This document shows, piece by piece, positions 1-8,298 of a DNA stretch of 64,000 nt. Positions within the stretch are counted from its first letter, which is position 1; every line of letters begins with the position of its first letter. The stretch comes from Candidatus Omnitrophota bacterium (GTDB lineage Bacteria > Omnitrophota > Gorgyraeia > Duberdicusellales > Duberdicusellaceae). The notes below the pieces were generated by a model that did not search any database, was not told the origin of the DNA, and saw nothing but the letters and a program-made list of their open reading frames with translations. The stretch lies in assembly GCA_016932855.1 (NCBI GenBank), contig JAFGCB010000027.1, positions 2,721 through 66,720 of the forward strand. The letters run 5' to 3'. Position numbers and translations under genes: made by a program.

Positions 1-905
1 GGCCAAAGGGTAACCGGCCTAAAAAGGCCGGCCCTTATTCCTTCCGATCTTAAGCGCTGGGCCGCCTGCCTTGCTATCCTGAAAGGTATCCCGTAAGAAA
101 CAAAAATAATGTCTGAATCTTCGATATCAAAGGCCTCAAATCTTCTTTCTTTGCTTTTTATTCGTTCATATTTCTTCTGTAAAATAAGGTTATGCTCTTC
201 CAGGCCAGGGTCTTTTAAAAAAAATGACCTTATAACATTAGGGCTTCTTCCGGCTGCTCCGGTTAAAGCCCACTCCTTCTTAACCTTGCGACCTTGTGTC
301 TTGGTGTCTTGATGAGTTATTTTAATCGGCTCGGCCATCTGTCCTAAAAAAGCGTCTAAAAGGATTATTGCCGGGTTTCTGTATCTGTCGGATAAATCAA
401 AAGCAAGCTGTGTTAAATCGAAACACTCCTGAACCGAAGCCGGAGCCAAGGCTATTAAATGGTAGTCGCCGTGGCCGCCGCCTTTAGTCGCCTGAAAATA
501 ATCGGACTGCGAGGGAGCGATATTGCCTAAGCCCGGCCCTCCTCTCATAACATTTGCAATAACTGCCGGCAGCTGTGCTCCTGCTAAATAAGATATTCCT
601 TCCTGCTTTAAGGAAATCCCCGGAGAGCTGGAAGTAGTCATAGACCTTGCCCCTGCGCTTGAAGCTCCGAAAACCATGTTAATAGCGGCGATTTCCGACT
701 CAGCTTGAATGAAAATTTTTCTTTCCTGGGACATTCTTCTGGCCATATATGCTGTTAATTCATTTTGGGGGGTTATTGGGTAGCCGGCGTAAAACCCGCA
801 GCCAGCCCTGACCGCAGCTTCGCCTATGGCTTCATTGCCGGTAATTAGAATCCTCTTCTTGTCTGTGTTGGGTGCTGTGTGCTTTTTACGAGGTTTATTT
901 TTCAT
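1..905 (-). CDS. 2-oxoacid:ferredoxin oxidoreductase alpha subunit (KorA/PorA-like), partial; C-terminus lies beyond window start
   Basis: Manual minus-strand translation from ATG at 905-903 gives MKNKPRKKHTAPNTDKKRILITGNEAIGEAAVRAGCGFYAGYPITPQNEL... and, near position 1, ...DIIFVSYGIPFRIARQAAQRLRSEGIRAGLFRPVTLW. These match the GNEA..GA..AGC.FYAGYPITP and GIKVGL.RP.TLWP signatures of OFOR alpha subunits. The ORF is open to the window edge, so it is absent from the ORF track. Confidence 0.6.
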   Translation of the reverse strand, partial: MKNKPRKKHTAPNTDKKRILITGNEAIGEAAVRAGCGFYAGYPITPQNELTAYMARRMSQERKIFIQAESEIAAINMVFGASSAGARSMTTSSSPGISLKQEGISYLAGAQLPAVIANVMRGGPGLGNIAPSQSDYFQATKGGGHGDYHLIALAPASVQECFDLTQLAFDLSDRYRNPAIILLDAFLGQMAEPIKITHQDTKTQGRKVKKEWALTGAAGRSPNVIRSFFLKDPGLEEHNLILQKKYERIKSKERRFEAFDIEDSDIIFVSYGIPFRIARQAAQRLRSEGIRAGLFRPVTLW

Positions 906-1101
906 AGATTTCAATGCAGGCGTCGGGGCAGACGACAAAGCAAAGCCCGCAGCCAATGCAGTTTTTTGCGTCTTCTGCCATAGCGTAATACGTACCGTGT
1001 CTGTTTAATTCGGATGACAGCTTCAGTTTTTTTTGAGGACAGGCTTCTATGCAGAGCTGGCAGCCCTTGCACCTGTCTTTTTTTATTTTAAGAATTATCA
1101 T
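895..1101 (-). CDS. 4Fe-4S dicluster ferredoxin (OFOR delta-subunit-like)
   Basis: 68 aa with two CxxCxxCxxxCP motifs (CKGCQLCIEACP and CIGCGLCFVVCP). Its stop overlaps the alpha-subunit start by 11 nt (ATGAAAAATAA). Confidence 0.6.
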   Translation of the reverse strand: MIILKIKKDRCKGCQLCIEACPQKKLKLSSELNRHGTYYAMAEDAKNCIGCGLCFVVCPDACIEIYEK

Positions 1102-1162
1102 AAATTTTCCCGCAAGGAAGGTTAAAGGCTGCTAGAATTATCTATCTTAAGTCTTTGCTGAC

Positions 1163-3043
1163 TTAAATCCTATTATAAGTCTTGGTCTCGGCGCAGGCTT
1201 TTTTTATTTTCTCCAAAATGCTTTCCGGATCAAGGCCGCACTTCTTTAAAAGCTCTTCTTTCCTGCCGAAAGTAACAAACTCGCAGGGGAGCCCTAATCT
1301 TTCAACGTTAATGCCGCTCAATAATCCTTTCTCGCGGTAGAACTCCAGTATCGCCTCGCCAAAGCCCCCGCTTAAGATACCCTCTTCTAAGATAAAAAGA
1401 AGACTAAAATTCTGGGCTATACTCAAAAGAAGCTCCTCGTCTAAAGGCTTAACGAATCTGGGATTGACCAATAAAGGCTCTATGCCGTCTTTTCTTAAAT
1501 CATCTAAAATAAAAATGGCTTCCTTAAGAAAAGAGCCTAGGGCAAGTATTGCTACGTCCTTACCTTCTCTTATTACCTCGGCCTTGGCGTAACGAAACGG
1601 CTGGCAGTTCTCAAGCTCTAAGGCCTTGCCCTTAGGATAACGTATTGCTACCGGCCCCCGGAGCTTAAGCGAAAATTCTAAGGCTGCTTCCAAATCTTTC
1701 CGGTAGGCCGGAGAAATCACCGTAAAATTAGGTATGTTTCTTAAGTAGGATATGTCAAAGACGCCGTGATGGGTAGGCCCGTCTTCACCGACAAGGCCGG
1801 CCCTGTCTATGGCTAAAACTACCCCTGTTTCCTGGAGAGCTACGTCTTCTATTAATTGATCGTAGGCCCGTTGAAGAAACGTGGAATAGACCGCTACCAC
1901 CGGCTTAAGCCCCCGCTTAGCCAAGCCCGAGGCAAAACTCACCAAATGCTGTTCGGCAATGCCGACGTCAAAAAATCGTTCCGGAAAACTCTTTTTAAAT
2001 CTGCAAAGCCCCGTGCCTGTACTCATGGCTGCGGTAAGGGCAATGATTTTTTTATTCTTTCTGGCAAGCCTTGTAAGCTTGATACCGAAAATATCTGTGT
2101 AGCTTAATTCCGGGACTTCGGGAACAGTTTCTTTCTTGCCCAAGAAAGGCAGAGAGCTGTGGAAATTCTCGGGGTCTTTCTCGGCCAAAGGATGGCCCTT
2201 GCCCTTCCTTGTAACTACATGCACTATTTTAGGGCCGGCTAAATCTTTAATATTCCTTAAGGCTGATATGAGAGCTTCTAAATTGTGCCCGTCTAAAGGG
2301 CCGAAGTAGCGAAAGCCCAGCTCTTCAAAAAAGATTCCCGGCACTATCAGACCCTTCATTACCTCTTCTATTTTTCTTATCCGGGGCACTACCTTCTTGC
2401 CTAGATGAGGCACTTTTTTCAAAATCAAAGCCACGCCGTCCTTAAATCTATTATATATAGGTAAAGATATTATTTTGTTTAGGTAATTGCTCAAGGCTCC
2501 TACCGAAGGAGAAATGGACATCTCGTTATGATTAAAAATAACCAAGAGGTTCTCGCCCAGGTGCCCGGCGTTATTTAAAGCCTCGAAACATTCGCCTCCG
2601 GAAAGACTGCCGTCACCAATAACTGCTATGACATGGGACTTGTCTCCTATGAGTCTGTTGGCACAGGCAAGGCCCAGGCTTAAAGATACGGCGTTAGAAG
2701 CATGCCCTACGGAAAATGTGTCATACGCCGATTCTTTGTGGAAGGGAAAACCCGAAATCCCTCCCAGCTGCCTTAAGCCCTCGAAATCCTTTGCTCTGTT
2801 AGTTATGATTTTGTGGGCATAGGCTTGGTGACCGACATCAAAAACTATCTTATCCCCGGGGGTATCAAAGACATAGTGAAGAGCGATGCATAGCTCTACC
2901 GCCCCCAGGCTTGAAGCCAGATGGCCTCCTTTAGAAGAAACCACATCTATTATCTGCTTTCTTATTTGGGAAGCTAGCTCTTTGAGCTCTGGTATTTGCA
3001 GTTTTTTCAAATCTTGGGAAGACTTTATGGAATTTGGGCTCAT
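1163..3043 (-). CDS. dxs: 1-deoxy-D-xylulose-5-phosphate synthase
   Basis: 626 aa; TPP-binding GDG(S/A)L.GG motif region (VIGDGSLSGGECFEALNNA), transketolase-like fold, length typical of DXS. Confidence 0.9.
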   Translation of the reverse strand: MSPNSIKSSQDLKKLQIPELKELASQIRKQIIDVVSSKGGHLASSLGAVELCIALHYVFDTPGDKIVFDVGHQAYAHKIITNRAKDFEGLRQLGGISGFPFHKESAYDTFSVGHASNAVSLSLGLACANRLIGDKSHVIAVIGDGSLSGGECFEALNNAGHLGENLLVIFNHNEMSISPSVGALSNYLNKIISLPIYNRFKDGVALILKKVPHLGKKVVPRIRKIEEVMKGLIVPGIFFEELGFRYFGPLDGHNLEALISALRNIKDLAGPKIVHVVTRKGKGHPLAEKDPENFHSSLPFLGKKETVPEVPELSYTDIFGIKLTRLARKNKKIIALTAAMSTGTGLCRFKKSFPERFFDVGIAEQHLVSFASGLAKRGLKPVVAVYSTFLQRAYDQLIEDVALQETGVVLAIDRAGLVGEDGPTHHGVFDISYLRNIPNFTVISPAYRKDLEAALEFSLKLRGPVAIRYPKGKALELENCQPFRYAKAEVIREGKDVAILALGSFLKEAIFILDDLRKDGIEPLLVNPRFVKPLDEELLLSIAQNFSLLFILEEGILSGGFGEAILEFYREKGLLSGINVERLGLPCEFVTFGRKEELLKKCGLDPESILEKIKKACAETKTYNRI

Positions 3044-3396
3044 GCGGCTTCGTATTGTTCCAACAATTGGCCTATTAACTTACTCAAAAATTCTCTATCG
3101 TCGACATTTAAATGAGTAAATTCTATCCCTGTATCAAAAAGGCAGGGCTGGGTTTTATCGGGAGAGCTGAATTCCAAAACCCAGACTATTCTTCCTTTGG
3201 TTTCAATGGAGCGTTCACCTATCACAATCTCTATGCCCACAGGGGTATTGATCTTAAATTGCTTTTGCATAATTACCCTCGCGCCGCCGGAACTTATATT
3301 CTCGGTGTGCAAAGTAAACTCTTCTCGATCTTCTTCGATAGAGACCGTTATCTTGCAAGGATAAGTTACCCGGGGGAATTTCCTTCGTTCCTGCAT
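3040..3396 (-). CDS. PilZ domain protein (c-di-GMP receptor-like)
   Basis: 118 aa; RKFPR (RxxxR) and NISSGGA (DxSxGG-like) PilZ signatures. ATGA start/stop overlap with dxs. Confidence 0.65.
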   Translation of the reverse strand: MQERRKFPRVTYPCKITVSIEEDREEFTLHTENISSGGARVIMQKQFKINTPVGIEIVIGERSIETKGRIVWVLEFSSPDKTQPCLFDTGIEFTHLNVDDREFLSKLIGQLLEQYEAA

Positions 3397-3397
3397 A

Positions 3398-4177
3398 TTA
3401 TGCCTCCTGTTTATACTCGACTCTTTGTATATTAAGGCTTCGGCCCGTACTTTCGTCTATTTCCAAAAAAACTCCCTGTATACGCACATCGGCTTCGGCT
3501 AAATTAAAGCGGCTGGGTATATTAGTCAGAAACCTCTCGATGATGTCTTCCTTTCTTCTGCCCAAAATCGAATCAAAGGAACCGGTCATGCCGACATCAG
3601 TAATGTAGGCTGTAAAGTTTTCTATCATTCTCTCATCGGCGGTAGGAATGTGGGTGTGAGTCCCGATTACGGCTGAGACTTTCTGGGCCAAAAAATATCC
3701 CAAGGCCAGCTTCTCCGAAGTAGCCTCGGCATGAATATCCACCAAAACTACCCTGGTTTCCTTTAAAACATCTTCCAGCACCGAAGCCACGGCCTTAAAG
3801 GGGCAATCCACCGGCTGCATAAATACCCTTCCCAATAAATTTATCGCGCATATTTTCTTGCCTTTTTTCTCTTTTATAATAAGACCTCTTCCTTTGGCAA
3901 GCTGACCGTAATTTAAGGGCCGGACAATGTCCATTGTGTCCAGTATCTGAAAAATCTCTCTTTTCTTAAAGGCGTGGTCGCCGGTGGTAAGGATATCTAT
4001 GCCTGAGGAAAACAGCTCTCGAGCTACCTTCTCGGTAAGACCGCTTCCCCCGGCGGCATTCTCAGCGTTAGCGATAACCCAGTCTATTGCTTCCTTTTCT
4101 ACGAGAGAAGGCAGGAATTGCTTTAAATAATCTCTGGCGGGCCTACCAACAATGTCACCGAGAAAGAGTATCTTCAT
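3398..4177 (-). CDS. ymdB: YmdB-like metallophosphoesterase (TIGR00282 family, 2',3'-cyclic nucleotide phosphodiesterase)
   Basis: 259 aa beginning MKILFLGDIVGRP...NAENAAGG. Adjacent to rny, as in Bacillus. Confidence 0.8.
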   Translation of the reverse strand: MKILFLGDIVGRPARDYLKQFLPSLVEKEAIDWVIANAENAAGGSGLTEKVARELFSSGIDILTTGDHAFKKREIFQILDTMDIVRPLNYGQLAKGRGLIIKEKKGKKICAINLLGRVFMQPVDCPFKAVASVLEDVLKETRVVLVDIHAEATSEKLALGYFLAQKVSAVIGTHTHIPTADERMIENFTAYITDVGMTGSFDSILGRRKEDIIERFLTNIPSRFNLAEADVRIQGVFLEIDESTGRSLNIQRVEYKQEA

Positions 4178-4272
4178 CTTAGACTGAAGACAAAAGACCC
4201 AAGACTAAAGACCTTTCCCGGCTGTTATTAAAATATTTTGTCTGGGGTCTTTTGTCTGGGGTCTTTGGTCTG

Positions 4273-5823
4273 TTATTTAGCATATTCTACCACTCTTGTT
4301 TCTCTTATTATAGTGATTTTTATCTGACCGGGATAATCCATCTCTTCTTCGACTTTTTTCTTAAGATCCCGGGCTAAAACAATGGTCTGGCCGTCATCTA
4401 CCGATTGAGGTTGGACTATAACTCTTATTTCCCTGCCGGCCTGTATAGCAAAGCTTTTCTCTACGCCCTTAAAAGAATTGGCGATGTTCTCCAGAGAAGT
4501 GAGCCGCTTAAGATAAGTTTCAAGGGTTTCGCGTCTGGCACCGGGGCGCGAGGCAGAAACAGCGTCACCCACCAAAGCCATTACAGCATACAAAGAAGCT
4601 GGCTCCTCTTCCTCGTGATGAGCGCCTATGGCGTTAACAACAATGTCCTTTTCTCCGTATTTTGCGGCGATGTCTCTTCCGATTTGAGCATGGGTTCCTT
4701 CTACTTGCTGGTCAACTCCTTTGCCGATATCGTGAAGAAGGCCGATTCTTTTGGCAAGCCGCGGGTCCAAGCCCAGCTCGGATGCTAAAACACTCATGAT
4801 AAAAGCCATTTCCTTTGAATGCTGAAGGGCGTTTTGACCGAAGCTTGTCCTATACCTTAATTTCCCCAGAAGCTTTATAAGTTCCGGGTGTAAATTATGG
4901 ATATCTAAATCAAAGGCCGCGTTTTTCCCTTCAGCGATAAGATCCTTTTCAAATTCCTGCTTGACTTTCTCTACCGTCTCTTCGATCCGGGCGGGATGGA
5001 TCCTTCCGTCGGAAACAAGCTTTTCCAAAGAACGCTTGGCAACCTCTCTTCTTATGGGATCAAATCCGGAAAGAGTGACGGCCTCCGGTGTATCATCGAT
5101 AATAACGTCGACGCCGGTCAGCATCTCGAAAGTCCGGATATTTCTTCCTTCCCTTCCTATAACTCTTCCTTTCATATCCTCGTTAGGCAGGCTCACCACG
5201 CTTACGGTCATCTCCTGGGTGTGATCCACCGCGCAGCGCTGTATTGCCAGAGAAAGCATCTCCTGCGCCTTGGCATCTTCTTCTTCCCTTAAAACCTCCT
5301 CAAACCGCTTAAGGCGTTCTGCTTTCTCCTTGACTAAATCATCCTCCAGCCTCTTCATTAAAAGCTCCCTGGCCTCTTCGATGCTTAAAGAAGAGATTTT
5401 CTGCAGCTTCTGTTTCTCCTCAGCCAAGACAATATTTAGCTCGTGGCTCTTCTTCTCCAAATCCTGGTTTAAGACTTCTATCTCTTTGGTCCGCTGACCC
5501 AGCTCCTGCTCTTTTTTCTGCAGAAACTCAACTCTTTTTTCTAAGTTTTCCTCCCGGTGAATAAGCCTTTTTTCAAGGTCTTCAAGTTCCCGTCTTTTTC
5601 CTCTGGTCTGATTCTCAAAATTAACCCTTAGCTTGTACAAAATCTCTTGGTTGTCCAGCTCGGCCTTTCTTTTAAGATTCTCGGCGTCTTTTCTGGCATC
5701 ATCCAAAATTTTAGATACTTCGTCTTTTCTTTTCTTAAGCCCTTTGTCTATGAAAGACTTACCCAAGACATAGCCTAAGGCTGCCGAGGCTAAGCTTGCA
5801 ACAATAATTATTCCTACCCACAT
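4273..5823 (-). CDS. rny: Ribonuclease Y
   Basis: 516 aa; N-terminal TM helix, long coiled-coil, KH domain (GREGRNIR), HD domain (HDIGK ... HH). Confidence 0.9.
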   Translation of the reverse strand: MWVGIIIVASLASAALGYVLGKSFIDKGLKKRKDEVSKILDDARKDAENLKRKAELDNQEILYKLRVNFENQTRGKRRELEDLEKRLIHREENLEKRVEFLQKKEQELGQRTKEIEVLNQDLEKKSHELNIVLAEEKQKLQKISSLSIEEARELLMKRLEDDLVKEKAERLKRFEEVLREEEDAKAQEMLSLAIQRCAVDHTQEMTVSVVSLPNEDMKGRVIGREGRNIRTFEMLTGVDVIIDDTPEAVTLSGFDPIRREVAKRSLEKLVSDGRIHPARIEETVEKVKQEFEKDLIAEGKNAAFDLDIHNLHPELIKLLGKLRYRTSFGQNALQHSKEMAFIMSVLASELGLDPRLAKRIGLLHDIGKGVDQQVEGTHAQIGRDIAAKYGEKDIVVNAIGAHHEEEEPASLYAVMALVGDAVSASRPGARRETLETYLKRLTSLENIANSFKGVEKSFAIQAGREIRVIVQPQSVDDGQTIVLARDLKKKVEEEMDYPGQIKITIIRETRVVEYAK

Positions 5824-5955
5824 AGAGTTTCCTCCTTCAATGACCCCGAACCCTTAAAAGGGCGAGGGGAAAATTTTCCCAAAAAAAACACTCAAAATCC
5901 AACAATAAAAACAGAAAATAAAACCGCTCTCTGTCCCCGAAGGCAACAGTATTCT

Positions 5956-6540
5956 TTAGGAAGTAACTATTAAGTCTACCTTTTGATCCTGAAGAGGGTT
6001 GAAAGGAAGGTTATCGAATATCTGGTGCGCAAAAGCCAAGCCTATCGTGAAGGTCTTGGAAGAAAGTTTCTTTAAAAACCGGTCGTAGTAACCTCTGCCC
6101 CTGCCTAATCTTCTTCCTTCTTTATCAAAAGCCCGTCCCGGGACAATCACTAAATCCAGCTGATGAAAATCTACCTCGCAAGAAGCCTTTACATCAGGCT
6201 GTAAAAGACCCAAAGGGCCTTTTACTAGCTGGGTATAAGAAGTAAGTTCATAGGGTTTAAGGTCTTGTTTATCAATAATTACCGGTAAGGTCACTCGCTT
6301 TTTTTCTTCTTTTGCCTTCCTTAACAAGTTTTTAATATCTACCTCTTCAGGAAGGGCCCAATAGAACATAACTACCCGGGCGTCTTTGTAAGCAGACAGG
6401 CCTTCAATCTTTTCAGTGATAACCCTTGATTCCTCTGCAAGTTCTAATAGGGTTTTTTCTTTAAATCGCTCTTTTACTATTCGTCGCAGCCTGTCTTTTC
6501 TTTCGTCCGGGCCTTTGGGCTCTTCTTTCAGAGAACTCAT
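5956..6540 (-). CDS. 5-formyltetrahydrofolate cyclo-ligase
   Basis: 194 aa; C-terminal DLVIVPGRAFDKEGRRLGRGRGYYDRFL motif typical of MTHFS. Confidence 0.8.
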   Translation of the reverse strand: MSSLKEEPKGPDERKDRLRRIVKERFKEKTLLELAEESRVITEKIEGLSAYKDARVVMFYWALPEEVDIKNLLRKAKEEKKRVTLPVIIDKQDLKPYELTSYTQLVKGPLGLLQPDVKASCEVDFHQLDLVIVPGRAFDKEGRRLGRGRGYYDRFLKKLSSKTFTIGLAFAHQIFDNLPFNPLQDQKVDLIVTS

Positions 6541-6591
6541 TTTCCCCTTTTTGAAAGTATTTATTTTAGCACAAATCTTAAAATTTGCAAC

Positions 6592-7905
6592 CTAGGGTTT
6601 AGGCGTAAGTTTTTTCTTAAATTCCTCTTTATTTTTAAGCATTTTTCCTTCCCGGCCGATGTCCTTGGGAAAATAATATTTTTTCTTTTCCCGGCGATAC
6701 TTTTGCTCCACGTACCCCCCAAAATTATGAGGATACTTATAGTCTTTGCCCCTTGAGGTTTTTTTAGCTTGGCCCTGGAGGGGGTTTTTTAAATGCAAAG
6801 GGACTTCTTCTATGGAAGCCTTTTCTATGTCCTCCCAGGCCTGGGCAATGGCCTGATAAGAAGAATTGGATTTAGGGGCCTGGCAAAGATAGATTGTGGC
6901 TTCGGAAAGGATTATCTTTGCCTCGGGCATGCCCACAAACTCTACCGCCCGAAAACAGGAGGAGGCTAAAACCAGGGCAAAGGGATCAGCCAGCCCTATA
7001 TCTTCCGAGGCCAGAATAACCAGTCTTCGGGCAACAAACCTAGGGTCTTCTCCGGAATAAAGCATCCTGGCAAGCCAGTACAAGGAAGCGTCGGCATCGC
7101 TTCCCCTGACTGACTTTATAAAGGCCGAGATGACATCGTAATGGTAATCACCTTTCCTGTCATAAAAAGCCGGCTTAAGCTGTAGGGTCTGCTTGGCCAC
7201 GTCTAAAGAAAATGCGATAACGCCTTTTTTATCCTTGGCAGTGGTAAGTACGCCCAGCTCTAAAGAACCTAACGCCCTGCGGGCATCGCCGGAAGAATTT
7301 TGGGCAAGAAACTTAACTGCCTCCTGCTCCATCTGCACCTTATGGCCGCCCAGTCCCTTCTTTTTATCGGCCAAGGCTCTCTTAAGAAGTTCGCAAAGGT
7401 TGTCTTCGCTTAAAGGCTTAAATTCGCAGACTAAAGAACGGGATATTAAAGCCGGGTTTATGTAGAAAAAGGGGTTATAGGTGGTCGCTCCTATCAGAAT
7501 GATCCGGGAGGTTTCAGTATCGGGAATCAAAACATCCTGTTGCAGCCTGTTCAGGCGATGAATTTCATCTATGAAAAGAACTGTTCTCTGGCCGGCCTTG
7601 GCTCTAATGCTCGCGTTAAAAATTTCCTTTTTTATGTCGTTGGACGAGCAAAAACTGCCGTTTAAATAAACGAACTTGGCCCCGGTTCCGTTAGAAATAA
7701 CCTGTCCTAGGCTTGTTTTTCCTGTTCCGGGAGGCCCCCAGATAATAAGAGACGTCAATCTGTCGGCCTCGATATTGCGGTGCAGGATTTTATCCTTTCC
7801 CAAAAGATGCTCCTGGCCGACAAATTCAGCCAGCTTCTCCGGCCGCATCCTTACCGCGAGAGGCAAGTCTTCGCGCTTTTCTTCTTCTTGCTCAAACAAA
7901 TCCAT
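6592..7905 (-). CDS. rarA: Replication-associated recombination protein A (AAA+ ATPase RarA/MgsA)
   Basis: Walker A GPPGTGKTS, DEIHR box, C-terminal MgsA helical domain. The track ORF extends to 7968, but the extra N-terminal residues (MEIGIYSGFNFLFVIIIKNLF) read into the palindromic repeat element, so the start is more likely M at 7905 (MDLFEQEEEK). Confidence 0.85.
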   Translation of the reverse strand: MDLFEQEEEKREDLPLAVRMRPEKLAEFVGQEHLLGKDKILHRNIEADRLTSLIIWGPPGTGKTSLGQVISNGTGAKFVYLNGSFCSSNDIKKEIFNASIRAKAGQRTVLFIDEIHRLNRLQQDVLIPDTETSRIILIGATTYNPFFYINPALISRSLVCEFKPLSEDNLCELLKRALADKKKGLGGHKVQMEQEAVKFLAQNSSGDARRALGSLELGVLTTAKDKKGVIAFSLDVAKQTLQLKPAFYDRKGDYHYDVISAFIKSVRGSDADASLYWLARMLYSGEDPRFVARRLVILASEDIGLADPFALVLASSCFRAVEFVGMPEAKIILSEATIYLCQAPKSNSSYQAIAQAWEDIEKASIEEVPLHLKNPLQGQAKKTSRGKDYKYPHNFGGYVEQKYRREKKKYYFPKDIGREGKMLKNKEEFKKKLTPKP

Positions 7906-7925
7906 AAACAAATTCTTTATTATAA

Positions 7926-8040
7926 TGACGAATAAAAAATTAAATCCCGAATAAATCCCAATTTCCAAATCCCAACGGGTTTTGGATTTGGTATTTTGGA
8001 TTTACTTGGGATTCGGTAGTGTTGGGATTTCATTCGTCAT
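7926..8040. repeat. Palindromic MITE/REP-like intergenic repeat, family 1 copy A (AAATCCC / GGGATTT modules, 9-bp terminal inverted repeat ATGACGAAT...ATTCGTCAT)
   Basis: Left half has three AAATCCC units, right half has GGATTTGG and TTGGGATT units. Core is CCAAATCCCAAC-N6-TTGGATTTGG. The element recurs at 33983-34106. Confidence 0.6.
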
Positions 8041-8298
8041 TGGTCACTGAAGTATTGGACTCCGTAAAGGTCTTAAATAAAAACCCCGCCTTTTGTCCGA
8101 GACAAGTGGTAATCTTTAAGTCCTTTCCTCATACAAGTGGGTGCCTACTGCCTTGGGCCTAAACCCAAGCCAAGATCAGCTCCCTTAGGACATTTGTTGG
8201 CTCAAGATTTATAGCCTGTCTCGGAACAGGCAGGGTTTGATCTTCTTCTTTCCAAATATAATATAACTGAATTTTTCTTTATTTTCAATACTGCGCAA

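Noticed and set aside
109-1008. Plus-strand ORFs 109..312 and 826..1008
   Set aside because: Antisense to the well-supported OFOR alpha and ferredoxin genes.
6592-7968. Long N-terminal extension of rarA (MEIGIYSGFNFLFVIIIKNLF...)
   Set aside because: The extension is translation of the palindromic repeat element; the conserved protein begins at M 7905.
8041-8298. SRP (4.5S) RNA, RNase P RNA or tmRNA in the gyrA downstream gap
   Set aside because: Conserved cores (GGAAGCAGC domain IV; GGTGAAA/AGGAAAGTCC P-RNA boxes; tRNA-like tmRNA ends) are not present on either strand.
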